Below the pieces are notes generated by a model, which was not told where the DNA came from, did not search any database, and saw only the letters and a list, made by a program, of their open reading frames with translations. Position numbers and translations under genes: made by a program. This document shows positions 28,864 through 39,964 of a DNA stretch of 64,000 bases, one piece after another (within the stretch, counting starts at the first letter, position 1; every line of letters begins with the position of its first letter). Source of the stretch: Leptolyngbyaceae cyanobacterium (GTDB lineage Bacteria; Cyanobacteriota; Cyanobacteriia; Phormidesmidales; Phormidesmidaceae); assembly GCA_965263355.1 (NCBI GenBank), contig CBDHHL010000032.1, positions 32,001 through 96,000 of the forward strand, written 5' to 3'.

Positions 28864-29811
28864 TTATTTAGGAATATAAGGTAAATTTGGCTCGTTGCTC
28901 ATGGTTCTTACACAAGATAAAATTTCAAAAATATAGGATTGAATATGTTCAACACGATTGCCCATGATTTTAATCAACAACCCATTACAATTGGGTAATG
29001 GAGACAAACCTGTTAACAAATGAGCCAATTGTAATCGAGGATGTATTGCTAATTCGTGACTTAATTTGTCTAAATCAAAATTTGGTAAAACAGTAAAAAC
29101 ATTGGCGATCAAGGGATATTTAGCGAAGAATAAACTGTCTTTGAAAGGATTAGATTGCCCCATCAGCCTGATGGCATCACCAAATAATAAGTTGCCATCA
29201 GGCGATAAAACCTGAAGACGATTTTGATATTCTCGAAATTGATAATATTCTGATCGGGCCAAGCGACCAGGTACAATAATTTCGCTAAGGAAAAGGTTGC
29301 TGGTAGGTTCGAGTGTAATAGTAGTGCTCTGGTAAAGCTGAGCATCTGCGTACAGCATCAAAGGTTCAGGAACAAACTCTAAGCTGGCTCCAGTCCCAAC
29401 AGTAATCTGCCACGATAGCTGGGCGCGGGCGGCAGCAGCATCAGTGACGGGCATTTTATGGACTTTGGTGGCTGCTTGATCCGTCAGATAGAGTTGGGCA
29501 TTAGGGTCTACTGTCAGGCCAAGGGTTAGGCGATCGCCCCCAAATAGGCCAGGGGCTGAATTCATCAGATAAAGGTAGGCACGCCTATTGTTGTCCTGAT
29601 CTAAACGAAAGGTGTGGGATAAACGAAAGGGATAGGCCATGTATTGTTGGGCTACAAAGGTTTGATTGTTGCGATCGCACCCCATCCGAGCATAAAAATC
29701 AAAGTCCTTAACCGCAATATTGTTGCTAATTCGACTGGTTGTAAAGTTTGTAATCCCCCTACTAAGTTTCTGGTGGTCCGCAGGAGATATCGGGAACAAC
29801 GTCATGCCCAT
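28864..29811 (-). CDS. ureD: Urease accessory protein UreD/UreH
   Basis: YP...., NSAPGLFGGD, TDQAATKVH, LEFVPEP, GRLAR.E. Confidence 0.9.
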   Translation of the reverse strand: MGMTLFPISPADHQKLSRGITNFTTSRISNNIAVKDFDFYARMGCDRNNQTFVAQQYMAYPFRLSHTFRLDQDNNRRAYLYLMNSAPGLFGGDRLTLGLTVDPNAQLYLTDQAATKVHKMPVTDAAAARAQLSWQITVGTGASLEFVPEPLMLYADAQLYQSTTITLEPTSNLFLSEIIVPGRLARSEYYQFREYQNRLQVLSPDGNLLFGDAIRLMGQSNPFKDSLFFAKYPLIANVFTVLPNFDLDKLSHELAIHPRLQLAHLLTGLSPLPNCNGLLIKIMGNRVEHIQSYIFEILSCVRTMSNEPNLPYIPK

Positions 29812-30458
29812 GGTTGTACTCCTGATAGGACAACCGCATCAGGAGAGACCGGTTGAAAAAGAACCGTTTCCTCAATAAATTTGACTACCTCGTCCAGCCC
29901 GTCTCCTGTTTTGCAGTTGGTGTAGGCAATTGCTTTTTGCCCTCGCCGTTCAGCTGCATCTTTACGAATGATGTCTAAGTTGGCTCCCACATAGGGGGCG
30001 ATATCAATTTTGTTAATAATCGCCAAATCCGCCTGCATAAATCCTGGCCCATTTTTACGGGGAATATCGTCTCCGGCACCGACATCAATCACAAACAGAT
30101 AGGAGTCCACCAGGTCATAGCTAAAGGTAGAGGCCAAGTTATCGCCACCGCTTTCGATAAAGACAATATCTAAACCAGGAAACTGTTGTTCCAGACCTTG
30201 AACGGCCAGCAGGTTCATGGTGGGGTCTTCCCGAATGGCGGTATGGGGACAACTGCCGGTTTCCACACCAATGATACGTTCTGTCGGTAGAAATCCCTTT
30301 TGTTTAATGCGTTTTGCATCTTCTTGAGTGAGCAGATCATTAGTGACAACGGCCACCTCAATGCCCCGTGCCATCAAACGCGGCACCAAACATTCTAATA
30401 AGGCTGTTTTACCACTGCCGACGGGACCGCCAATGCCTATGCGTGCTGCTTGTTTCAT
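29802..30458 (-). CDS. ureG: Urease accessory GTPase UreG
   Basis: GGPVGSGKT, ETGSCPH, ESGGDNL, NKID. Confidence 0.96.
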   Translation of the reverse strand: MKQAARIGIGGPVGSGKTALLECLVPRLMARGIEVAVVTNDLLTQEDAKRIKQKGFLPTERIIGVETGSCPHTAIREDPTMNLLAVQGLEQQFPGLDIVFIESGGDNLASTFSYDLVDSYLFVIDVGAGDDIPRKNGPGFMQADLAIINKIDIAPYVGANLDIIRKDAAERRGQKAIAYTNCKTGDGLDEVVKFIEETVLFQPVSPDAVVLSGVQPWA

Positions 30459-30469
30459 GGGATTCTCCT

Positions 30470-32176
30470 TTACCGAAACATGTAAAGCCGCCCAAGGGGA
30501 ACTTCTGTAACCGGATCACAGGTGGCTAACTCCCCGTCTACTCTCACCTGGAAGGTGTCAGGATCCACCTCTATTTCAGGACAGGCGTCATTGTGTACCA
30601 TATCTGCCTTAGAGACCGATCGCGTATCCTGCACCGGTAACAATTCTTTTTTCAACCCCAGCCGATCTGGCAATCCCTTCTCCAATGCTGCTTTGGTAAC
30701 AAATCCCACCGATGTAGCCTGGGGTGCGGTGCCAAAGCTACTCCACTGGGGACGATACAGAATGGGTTCACAGGTCATCAGAGACGCATTGGACTCTCCC
30801 ATGGCGGCCCAGGCAATAAAGCCCCCCTTAAATACCACCTCCGGCTTGATGCCAAAGAAACCAGGCTTCCATAGAACAATGTCCGCGAGCTTTCCTGGTT
30901 CGATGGAGCCAACGTAGGCAGAAATTCCCCCGGTTTTGGCTACGTTGATTGTATATTTGGCCAGATAGCGCAAAATACGCTGATTGTCGTTGCGATCGCT
31001 ATCCTCCGGCAATGCCCCCCGCTGGTCCTTCATTTTCGAGGCCAGTTGCCAGGTGCGACAAATCACCTCACCAATGCGGCCCATGCCCTGGCTGTCCGAG
31101 CCCAACATGCTGATCGCTCCCATATCATGGAGAACATCTTCCGCCGCAATGGTTTCCGCCCGAATGCGAGACTCGGCAAAGGCGACATCTTCCGGCACCT
31201 TAGGATTCAGGTGGTGACACACCATCACCATATCCAGATGTTCATCAAAGGTATTGACCGTATAGGGATTGGTAGGATTAGTAGACGACGGCAAACAATG
31301 GTTATAGGCGGCCACTTTAATGATATCTGGGGCATGGCCCCCACCCGCTCCCTCTGTGTGGTACATGTGGATGGTACGGCCTGCGATCGCAGCCATCGTA
31401 TCTTCCACATACCCCGATTCATTCAAGGTATCCGTGTGGATTTGCACCTGAAAATCGTAGCTATCGGCCACCGACAAACAGGTATCAATTAAGGCGGGCA
31501 TGGCTCCCCAGTCTTCGTGAATTTTGAGACCGTAAGCCCCATTTTCCACCTGTTCAACCAAACTTTCTGGCAAGCTGGAACTGCCTTTGCCTAAAAAGCC
31601 AAAGTTAATGGGGAATGCCTCCGCTGCCTGTAGCATAATTCCCAGATTATGCACTCCGCTAGTGCAAATACCCACGGTGACAGGCCCTAAGCCGCCCCCC
31701 AACATTGTTGTAATGCCGCTGGATAACGCTTCGGCACACAGACCGGCACTGTCAAAGTGGACGTGGCAGTCCAGGCCCCCCGGCGTAGCAATCAACCCTT
31801 CCCCAGCCCGGACATCGGTATTGGCACCAATGAGTAAATTGGGCAATACCCCATCCATGATGCCGGGATTTCCTGCTTTGCCGATGCCAACAATTTTGCC
31901 ATCCTTAATGCCGATATCCGTTTTCACGACACCCTGAACCGGGTCAATCAGCACCACATTGGTAATCACCATATCCAGGGCACCTGCCGCCGCTGTGGCC
32001 TCAGCTGCCATTCCCAAGCCATCCCGCAGGGTTTTACCCCCACCAAACACACATTCGTCGCCATAGACGGTGGTATCCCGTTCGACCTCCACTATCAGAG
32101 AGGTGTCTCCCAGGCGGATGCGATCGCCCACCGTCGGACCAAATAGCTCGGCGTACCGTTCACGACTAATTTCCAT
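30470..32176 (-). CDS. ureC: Urease subunit alpha (divergent active-site loops)
   Basis: [37 protein letters not shown] nickel ligands all present. Confidence 0.95.
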   Translation of the reverse strand: MEISRERYAELFGPTVGDRIRLGDTSLIVEVERDTTVYGDECVFGGGKTLRDGLGMAAEATAAAGALDMVITNVVLIDPVQGVVKTDIGIKDGKIVGIGKAGNPGIMDGVLPNLLIGANTDVRAGEGLIATPGGLDCHVHFDSAGLCAEALSSGITTMLGGGLGPVTVGICTSGVHNLGIMLQAAEAFPINFGFLGKGSSSLPESLVEQVENGAYGLKIHEDWGAMPALIDTCLSVADSYDFQVQIHTDTLNESGYVEDTMAAIAGRTIHMYHTEGAGGGHAPDIIKVAAYNHCLPSSTNPTNPYTVNTFDEHLDMVMVCHHLNPKVPEDVAFAESRIRAETIAAEDVLHDMGAISMLGSDSQGMGRIGEVICRTWQLASKMKDQRGALPEDSDRNDNQRILRYLAKYTINVAKTGGISAYVGSIEPGKLADIVLWKPGFFGIKPEVVFKGGFIAWAAMGESNASLMTCEPILYRPQWSSFGTAPQATSVGFVTKAALEKGLPDRLGLKKELLPVQDTRSVSKADMVHNDACPEIEVDPDTFQVRVDGELATCDPVTEVPLGRLYMFR

Positions 32177-32187
32177 AGGTAGTGCCC

Positions 32188-32574
32188 TTACTTGCTTTCA
32201 AATCCAGCAGTATGTAATCGGTCTAATGCTTCTTGTTTACAGGTGGCGTCATCTAGTGCTCCATCCACCAGGCTGTTGAGCCCCCGCACCTGGCGAGTGC
32301 CCCCTAAGGCCACCAGCGTCACCGATTTGGTATCGCCTGGTTCAAACCGCACCGCCGTACCTGCAGGGATATCTAAACGAAAGCCAAAGGTCTCTGCTCG
32401 ATCAAACTGAAGCGCTCGATTTACTTCAAAAAAGTGGTAGTGAGACCCCACCTGGATTGGTCGATCACCTCCATTGGCTACGGTAATAGTCTTGGTTTCC
32501 CGATCGGCATTCAGCGACAGCATCCCTTCAGCACACATAATTCCACCGGGCGGTAAAGCAACATGATTAGACAT
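32188..32574 (-). CDS. ureB: Urease subunit beta
   Basis: [33 protein letters not shown]. Confidence 0.96.
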   Translation of the reverse strand: MSNHVALPPGGIMCAEGMLSLNADRETKTITVANGGDRPIQVGSHYHFFEVNRALQFDRAETFGFRLDIPAGTAVRFEPGDTKSVTLVALGGTRQVRGLNSLVDGALDDATCKQEALDRLHTAGFESK

Positions 32575-32914
32575 TGGCAGTTTCCCCTTGGATGGCATCT
32601 GTCTGAACCATTGGACGAATGGGATTATGGATACTGACTAATTTAGTCCCATCGAGAAAATGGGCTTCCACCTGAATCAACGGAATCAATTCTGCCACAT
32701 TGGGCAAAACATCCTCAGTGGTCAACAACATCGCCCCTTCTGACATCAGTTCTGCCACCGATTTATCCTCACGTGCCCCTTCAATAATGTAGTCAGTAAT
32801 ATAGGCAATCGCCTCCGGCACATTTAGCTTGATGCCACGCTCTTTGCGCCTTCGAGCAATTTCTGCAGCGGTAAATATGGTGAGTCGTTCAAACTCTTTT
32901 GGAGTGAGATACAT
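32567..32914 (-). CDS. ureA: Urease subunit gamma
   Basis: MYLTPKE.ERL, LN.PEA, QVEA.F.DGTKLV.IH.PI. Confidence 0.96.
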   Translation of the reverse strand: MYLTPKEFERLTIFTAAEIARRRKERGIKLNVPEAIAYITDYIIEGAREDKSVAELMSEGAMLLTTEDVLPNVAELIPLIQVEAHFLDGTKLVSIHNPIRPMVQTDAIQGETANV

Positions 32915-33000
32915 GGAGTGCCCCTTATATGGGAGTGCTCGTCAGTTAAAGACATGGATAATGCCACTTGTTATAGTTAAAGCTCTTGCCCCATATCATT

Positions 33001-33014
33001 GTGATTATTGTTAC
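33001..33014. promoter_or_regulatory. Candidate variant NtcA box upstream of ureA
   Basis: GTG-ATTATTGT-TAC (one mismatch to GTA-N8-TAC), 86 bp before the ureA ATG. Confidence 0.3.
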
Positions 33015-33549
33015 TGTTTTTCCAACGAAGACCAGTAAAACACGAAAATTTTGACATAAATACGCTTTTGGGAATAGCAGTATTGAGATCATCAGAATAA
33101 GGAGTGAAATTATACGAGTATCATCACTTTCTTCATGATTTTTTGGGTTCTGCCTTATGTGAAAAATACTAATTGCATAATTGCACTCAGTGTATGCACT
33201 AACGCAATAATAGAAGTATTAATACAGGTAATCTGTTAAGCTGCGTAAATCTGTAATAAATGTAACCGTTTAGCCTGGAAATATTAATAACCTTGTTTTA
33301 TAAGAATTACATGGCTTCATTAGATGGATATCCACTCAAGCAGAGAAATTCTGGTTAATTAGGAATCTAAAATCCAGGAGCCAGAATGGAGAAGGGATAG
33401 GTGACTAGTCTCCTGAAAGATTACTAGATCGCAGCTTCTAAAATCTCTTGCCGCTTAGCCGCCTTATCTACAATCTTAGGCATCAGGTATAGGGATAGAG
33501 TCCGCTTTATACTTTACACCCTAACCTGAAAATTTATCAATTTACCACC

Positions 33550-33765
33550 GTGGGAATGTTAGAAATAGGGGTTGATCACCGTCAGCCCAAGACTCTCATG
33601 GTAGCCTATGCTAGGGGTCTGAAAATGCCATTTAACCTGTTAGATCCAGGTTGGGACTTTAAGGCAGTTTTAGACCAACCTATTGATAAACTGCGTCAAC
33701 AATATCAACTGCTCCCTCAACCCCAAATATCGCTAACTGAGTACGCACAAGATTTAGATTCCTAA
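33550..33765 (+). pseudogene. Possible C-terminal remnant of a Coq4-like protein
   Basis: AY.RG...., DF...LDQPI..LRQ.Y.L resembles Coq4-family C-termini; no N-terminal part visible. Confidence 0.3.
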
Positions 33766-34166
33766 AACAGTTTTTTAGACAACAGACTTCGTATGCCACC
33801 TTCTTTTACAGCCGCCTTGATTTGTTGACGTTTGACATGGTCAGGCTTATGTTTGGCCAACTTCTGTTGAATCTTTATAGCCAGTTGATTGGTTGGATCC
33901 AATGCTAACGTCCGCTTAGCATGGATGCCTGCCATTGTATTCTGTTTTGTTTGGAAATATAAGACAGACAACGTACTATGGCACAGGGGACTCTCGGGAT
34001 GAAATTTAATGGCCTGTCGCAATTCAAAAATTGCACTTGAATAGTCTTGATTTTTAGCAAACTTTTGTGCTCGTATTAGATAGCTCTCAATTGTCATAGA
34101 ACAATTAGCAAAGGACGTTTTTTGCCCTCGAGCAGAGGCTTTAACTTGAGACACTTGACTCGTCAT
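33762..34166 (-). CDS. Stand-alone TPR protein, paralog of the C-terminus of 2858..3901
   Basis: IESYLIRA...AIFELRQAIKFHP.SPLCH..L..LY...A.IH.K..L.LDP.NQ aligns with the J-protein tail. Confidence 0.8.
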   Translation of the reverse strand: MTSQVSQVKASARGQKTSFANCSMTIESYLIRAQKFAKNQDYSSAIFELRQAIKFHPESPLCHSTLSVLYFQTKQNTMAGIHAKRTLALDPTNQLAIKIQQKLAKHKPDHVKRQQIKAAVKEGGIRSLLSKKLF

Positions 34167-34835
34167 ACCATTCACCTTAAAAACAACTTGATCAGCCTGA
34201 TGCTGTTAGTTTGGCTCTATACGAGAATTACACGCAGGAATTTAAGAGCCTTTTTCTGGCTTGTTTGTTAACGCTATCCTAGATAAAATTACCCAAATAA
34301 AAACTCCGTTTTTACACTGAACTGCTTGATAAGAAACTGTGAACCTATTCTCAACATAGGTACTTATATCAGCAACAAACCCATATCGTTTTGACGCAAC
34401 TTTATCAATGGTTAAGATATTTGCAATCGCTGTCCAGGGCACCCTGGGTAATTACAGAGCGTCCCCTAGGAACCATTCTTAGTCTTTTGACTGGGGCTTT
34501 GCCATCAGTTTCAACAATGCTGCGATGGGCTAGAATAACGGGATCACAATCCCACGTCAAGACTTTATAGGTAGAGTTTGCTATGGGTTATTGATCGCGT
34601 TATTCTATCTTTTCTGAGCGAGGTGGCTGAAGTTTGTTATAGCTTTCTAAAGCATGAGTAGTGAATTGAAGGGATAAACTTCTTATCGGTAGAACCATGG
34701 CTGGTCTGAATTAGACCACTTATGATGCTTTTCAAGTAGTTCTTTGAAGCCTTCTAACTTTTTGGGAATACTGAGATATGGGGGCATGAGCCTTGTCCAT
34801 TACTGGGAAGCATATCGATTGGAACCATAGATAAA

Positions 34836-35411
34836 ATGACCCACGATTTAGATTTAATTTCTACCTTTTTGGACAAGTCTTTAAGCAAAGAGCCCATAAT
34901 TATTACAAGCAATTACCTCAGAGCGCATACTATTTGCGATAACAATCAACTTTTTGTAAAAAACGAAGGGTTACTGGCATCTATCCATCTGACTCAAGAT
35001 CCTTGCTGCTTTTTAGTTAAACTGCGTTCTCCCTATTGGCAACTGGTTAATAACATTCTCTTAGAAAAGGGATTTATCCCCAACGAGAGTCAGGGAAACA
35101 TTGAATTCTATACCTATCAATATAGTGAGCTGCCAAAAGCTTACGAAATTAATTGTACCAGTCCCACTGAGCTGTGGCGTAAATGGTGGACCCAGAGCCG
35201 TCAGAAAAACGTATCCATCTGGAACCTTGACTTTTTAATTCGAACTCGTAGTAAATGGTATCCGGTGCGAAACATTGAGATTCTTAACCATTCCATCTTT
35301 ATTCAAACTTTGGGTAAACGAATTCGCCTAACTGAGAATGATGTAGCTGTGTGGCTGCAAAAGGCAAGGAATCAAATAAATCTCCAGCGTCATGTTTCTC
35401 CATTTTTGTAA
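34836..35411 (+). CDS. Hypothetical protein
   Basis: 191-aa ORF with globular composition (ELWRKWW, WYPVRNI); no function recognised. Confidence 0.65.
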   Translation: MTHDLDLISTFLDKSLSKEPIIITSNYLRAHTICDNNQLFVKNEGLLASIHLTQDPCCFLVKLRSPYWQLVNNILLEKGFIPNESQGNIEFYTYQYSELPKAYEINCTSPTELWRKWWTQSRQKNVSIWNLDFLIRTRSKWYPVRNIEILNHSIFIQTLGKRIRLTENDVAVWLQKARNQINLQRHVSPFL

Positions 35412-35586
35412 GACGGTGAGTTGGCTTCGGCAAGCTCAGTCGTCAGGGAATGGTTGATTAAGGCATGGGAGGAGTCCCACAATTAGGATGGTTAACATAA
35501 GTTAAGTGAAAAAATTGAGTAGTATTTGTATGTTACTCATTGGCGGCTGATATACTTGCCCTCAGGTTTTGATTTCAGCGTTTGCC

Positions 35587-36357
35587 ATGAATCCACTCCA
35601 GGATGCGTTTATTTCCTATGGTCGTGCCGACAGTAGACAATTCGCCCAGGAGCTTAGCAAACGCCTCAAAAGGTTAGGCTACACTGTCTGGTTTGATTGT
35701 AACGATATTCCCCTGGGGATAGATTACCAGAAGCAAATCGATGACGGTATTGAAAAAGCGGATGATTGTTTGTTTCTGATTTCGCCCCATTCGGTTAACT
35801 CGGCCTATTGCGGTTTGGAAGTTGAGCTGGCGCTAAAGCACAATAAGCGGATTATCCCGCTGCTGCATGTGGAGGAGATTAGCTACGAAACCTGGCAGCA
35901 GCGAAATCCGGATGGCACAAAGGACTAATGGGAGGCATATAAGGCAGCGGGTAAGCATTGCCATTTTGATAATATGCACCCGGAAATTCGCAAGATCAAC
36001 TGGGTGTATTTTCGCGATGGCCTTGACGACTATAGGGACTCGTTTGAAGGGCTGCTGGGGCTACTGGGTCGAGAAAAGGACTATGTGCATCAGCATACGG
36101 TGCTGCTAAACGATGCTCTGGAGTGGGAGCGTAACCAGAAGCAAACGCGCTATTTGCTGCCTCGGGAAGACCGACAGCAGGCGGAGGCATGGCTGGCCAC
36201 TCGGTTTAAGGAGAGTCAGCCGCCGGTAGTGCCTACGGATTTGCGCTATGAGTACATTACCGAGAGCATTAAAAACGGCGATAACCTGATGACCCGGGTG
36301 TTTTTATCCCATGGGTCGGAAGATGCTGAGGTAACAGAGCAGGTGCGGCGGACGTTG
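35587..36357 (+). pseudogene. TIR-domain protein pseudogene (premature stop, truncated in second TIR)
   Basis: DAFISYGRADS...VWFD...SPHSVNS.YC..E; in-frame TAA at 35926-28; second TIR start VFLSHGSED then homology lost. Confidence 0.85.
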
Positions 36358-36568
36358 AACCTTTACTCAGAAAGATACTCATCGAATCACAAAAAAATAC
36401 ACGACCAAAATTGTTGCGCTAAATATTGTCTTAGTAACCGTTGCAACGATATCGTTATATCTTCACTATGGAGTATTTTTAGGACAATCTCGAACCCTGG
36501 AGTTTATAGAGTGTCAAAACTGCTTAAATAATCCAGGACTGGTTGAATTTTTCAGGATTATCATCCTA

Positions 36569-36886
36569 TTGTCCGGTACATCTTACATGACAGATTTCCA
36601 TTGGCAAGATCAAGCTAATGAGCTGATACGGGGTAAATCCAAAAAAGCAAGATTTTTTAGGCTATTAATCTTAGCTATTTTTATCATTCTATTTGCGGCA
36701 TTGATCTGGCATATTTTTTTTAATGCACCACAGTACTTACAGGAAAAATGTCCCTCGATTGATCAACAGCTGACCGATCCATTTGAGAGATTTAAAGAAT
36801 ATCAATTCCCTTCATTAGTTTATGTGTCCTATGGATTTATCGTTTATTTCCTAATCGCACTCAAGTTCACTGATTCAAGAAACTGA
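36569..36886 (+). CDS. Small two-TM membrane protein
   Basis: Two hydrophobic helices; no motif. Confidence 0.45.
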   Translation: MSGTSYMTDFHWQDQANELIRGKSKKARFFRLLILAIFIILFAALIWHIFFNAPQYLQEKCPSIDQQLTDPFERFKEYQFPSLVYVSYGFIVYFLIALKFTDSRN

Positions 36887-37007
36887 TGATAAAGCTAGAA
36901 AAGAAGAACGCCAGCAAATTGCTCAACGATTGAAAGGGCTGGGTCTTTCTGTACAAGATATTGTGCAGTCCACTGGTTTGAGTGAAGATGAAAGTCAAAA
37001 TCTTTGA
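36871..37007 (+). pseudogene. C-terminal fragment of an Rpn/PD-(D/E)XK-type protein
   Basis: Manual translation KARKEERQQIAQRLKGLGLSVQDIVQSTGLSEDESQNL*. Confidence 0.6.
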
Positions 37008-37365
37008 AAGCTCTATTCACCACAAAGGTTCAAGGCCATATGCTTACGCGTACTACCACTCACTATTTCCCTTTAAAAGAAAAATGTCTGACCCCATAAA
37101 GCCCCCAGGGTCAGACAGCTCACCTGTAAAACGTGTCTAAACAAGTATTAACTGTCATCCAAATGCCCCCTCGGATGATAGTTGCCTTGTGCACGTTCTT
37201 CAGAATTAACTACATTTTCACCCGTACTTCTGGTAAAAAGCTTCCTCGTAAACACGTAAATCTGAACAGAAATAGTCCGAAAACCTGGGCCATTGTACGT
37301 ATATTTACCGCTAATTCCTTTCTATCCAGTGCCAGAAATATGACATTGATGACATCAGGGTTATC

Positions 37366-38919
37366 TTATTCTGCCGTCATCACAACGTTCTCTTTGTAAA
37401 GTATCATTAGCTTCTCTAATACGCTTTCAATGGTGAGAGAATCTGTAACAACTTCAATGGCATCGTCTGCCTGACGCAGGGGAGAAATCTCTCGGTTGCT
37501 GTCTTTATAATCCCGTTCGCTAATCGTTTGGACAAGTTCAGCTAGCTCGGGAACGGGCTGATTACGATTGGCTAAATCTTTCTGACGACGACGGGCACGC
37601 TCCTCTACCGATGCTGTCAAAAAAATCTTAAGCTCAGCATTGGGAAAGACCTGGGTGCCAATGTCGCGGCCATCGGCTACTACACCACCGGATACACCAT
37701 ATTGCATCTGCTGCTTTACAAGGGCCTGCCGTACGGTAGCCTGGGCTGCAATGGTGGATACTTGTGCCGTTACTTCCGAGGTGCGAATGGCCTGGGTGAC
37801 TGGGGTGTCGTTAACCCAAACTTCGGGAGGTTGAGGTTCGCCATCTGAATTGGGGACAGCGACCAGCTTAATGTCACATTTTGGTAACAAGTCAGCAACA
37901 GCGATGTCATCGGCTGGATCATAACCCTGGGAGAGGACATACCAGGTAAAGGCACGGTACATGGCTCCAGTGTCTAAGTAAAGTAGCCCTAACTGATGGG
38001 CTAGCTGCCTTGCCACAGTGGACTTTCCAGCTCCGGCAGGCCCGTCAATGGCAATGATCGGTCGCCTTGCCCGTAAAACAATGTTATCGATTAATCGGGT
38101 AGTTCCTACAAATGCTGCTACTGCCAACATACCAACTGTTTCCACTCTTTCTAAGGAGGACAATGTATAGGGATGTACCAGTTCTATATACTGGACATCA
38201 ATAGCAGGTTCCGGTTCTAAATACTGGGAGACGATGCGAGCGAGTGACTGTTGCGATCGCATGCCTACTTTAAATTCTTCCTCAGCTCTCTTTAACCCCC
38301 GATAGAGTATAACTGCTTGTTGACGTTCTTGCCCGCTTAAATACTTATTTCGAGAACTTAGGGCGAGTCCATCCGTTTCTCGAACAATCGGACAGCCAAT
38401 TACAGTTCCTGGCAGATTCAAGTCCTCAACCAATCGTCGAATAATCGCTAGCTGTTGGCCATCCTTTTGGCCAAAATAGGAGCGCTGGGGACGCACTAAA
38501 CTAATTAGCTTAGTGACTACCGTAGCTACCCCCTCGAAGTGTCCAGGTCTGAATTTTCCACACAAATGACTGGCTAAGGCCAGTGGTGGAACAACCTTAA
38601 CCAGGGTATTTGTATCCTTAAAATCAGGCCCATAGAGGGCTGAGGCGGTAGGGGCAAAAATGCAGTCCACACCAGCGTTGTCACACAATTGTGCATCTGA
38701 ATCTAGGGTGCGGGGATAGGCCTCTAAATCTTCATTAGGCCCAAATTGCAGCGGATTAACAAAAATACTGACGACAACCAAATCATTGTCACGACGAGCC
38801 CGACGAATTAAACTAAGATGCCCTTCATGCAATGCTCCCATGGTGGGAACCAGGCCAATAGAACCCGACTGCTTTTCTCGCCAACACCGTAGTCCTTCTA
38901 TCGTTTTTAGTAACCGCAA
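37366..38919 (-). CDS. panC/cmk: Bifunctional pantoate-beta-alanine ligase / cytidylate kinase
   Basis: PTMGALHEGH, RPGHF.GV, FGQKD, LALSSRN; IDGPAGAGKST, DGRDIGT. Confidence 0.96.
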   Translation of the reverse strand: MRLLKTIEGLRCWREKQSGSIGLVPTMGALHEGHLSLIRRARRDNDLVVVSIFVNPLQFGPNEDLEAYPRTLDSDAQLCDNAGVDCIFAPTASALYGPDFKDTNTLVKVVPPLALASHLCGKFRPGHFEGVATVVTKLISLVRPQRSYFGQKDGQQLAIIRRLVEDLNLPGTVIGCPIVRETDGLALSSRNKYLSGQERQQAVILYRGLKRAEEEFKVGMRSQQSLARIVSQYLEPEPAIDVQYIELVHPYTLSSLERVETVGMLAVAAFVGTTRLIDNIVLRARRPIIAIDGPAGAGKSTVARQLAHQLGLLYLDTGAMYRAFTWYVLSQGYDPADDIAVADLLPKCDIKLVAVPNSDGEPQPPEVWVNDTPVTQAIRTSEVTAQVSTIAAQATVRQALVKQQMQYGVSGGVVADGRDIGTQVFPNAELKIFLTASVEERARRRQKDLANRNQPVPELAELVQTISERDYKDSNREISPLRQADDAIEVVTDSLTIESVLEKLMILYKENVVMTAE

Positions 38920-39043
38920 AACAGACTTTGACCACCCTCGCTAAACACAAGGTTTAACGATAACAGACGGTAGGGGCATTGCATGCAATGCCCCTGGATG
39001 TGTTAATACGTGGTGATTAATTAATAGGTAGGTCTACGGTACC

Positions 39044-39964
39044 CTAACGCAATATCTCAATTTGTACGGGACCCACCCCCGCTGACTGCAAACCAATAGC
39101 ATTGGCTGCTCCGGCGGACAGGTCAATAATACGTCCATGGCTGTAGGGACCCCGATCATTAATACGTACAACCACCTGACGACCATTGTTCAGATTGGTT
39201 ACCCGTACCTGGGTACCAAATGGCAGAGTGCGATGGGCAGCGGTCAGAGCATACTGGTTGAACGCTTCACCGCTAGCACTAGTGCGACCATGAAACCCTG
39301 GACCATACCAGGAGGCCATACCGCTGTAGCTAGAGCGGACAGCAGCCACTCGCTGGGGCGGTGGTGTGGGTCTGCCAATTACTTCAGTAACGGGCTCAGC
39401 TACGTCATTGCCCAGCAGACGCCGTAAACGGTTAGTAACCTGCAACACGTTTTCAGCAGCGTTGTCTGTCGCATCAGGCAGCTGTACCGTATCGCCCAGG
39501 GTAACTAATGTACGATCCCCTGACATTACCACATAGCTACCGTCATCCCAATGGGCGGTAAAGTCCATGTCATCAGTGCTCAATTGCTCCAATTGAGCGG
39601 CCATCTGAGTGGCATCAGCAATGGCTCCACCAGTGGCGGAAATTTCTGGGGTTAACCAACCAGAAACAACATCGCTGGTTTCCAATGCATCAACGTAGGT
39701 CAAGACAGGAATATTTTTGATGTAAACTGTTGCAGCCTGCCGGTTCTCATGGGCATGGGCATTAACTCGTACAGCAGCAGTCGACCTGAGATATTTCTGA
39801 AGCGTATGGGCCGACGATGATTCTAAAGACTGGTCAGTTACTGAAACTTGAACAGTTTCGTCGTAATCCGTATCAAACGATTGGGCAGAAACCCGCTCAG
39901 CTATGGGAACAAACGTAGCGAACAACGTTGCAGTTGCTACACGACCAAAAAAATTTCTGTTCAT
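39044..39964 (-). CDS. rlpA: Septal ring lytic transglycosylase RlpA family
   Basis: [10 protein letters not shown].., [23 protein letters not shown]. Confidence 0.92.
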   Translation of the reverse strand: MNRNFFGRVATATLFATFVPIAERVSAQSFDTDYDETVQVSVTDQSLESSSAHTLQKYLRSTAAVRVNAHAHENRQAATVYIKNIPVLTYVDALETSDVVSGWLTPEISATGGAIADATQMAAQLEQLSTDDMDFTAHWDDGSYVVMSGDRTLVTLGDTVQLPDATDNAAENVLQVTNRLRRLLGNDVAEPVTEVIGRPTPPPQRVAAVRSSYSGMASWYGPGFHGRTSASGEAFNQYALTAAHRTLPFGTQVRVTNLNNGRQVVVRINDRGPYSHGRIIDLSAGAANAIGLQSAGVGPVQIEILR

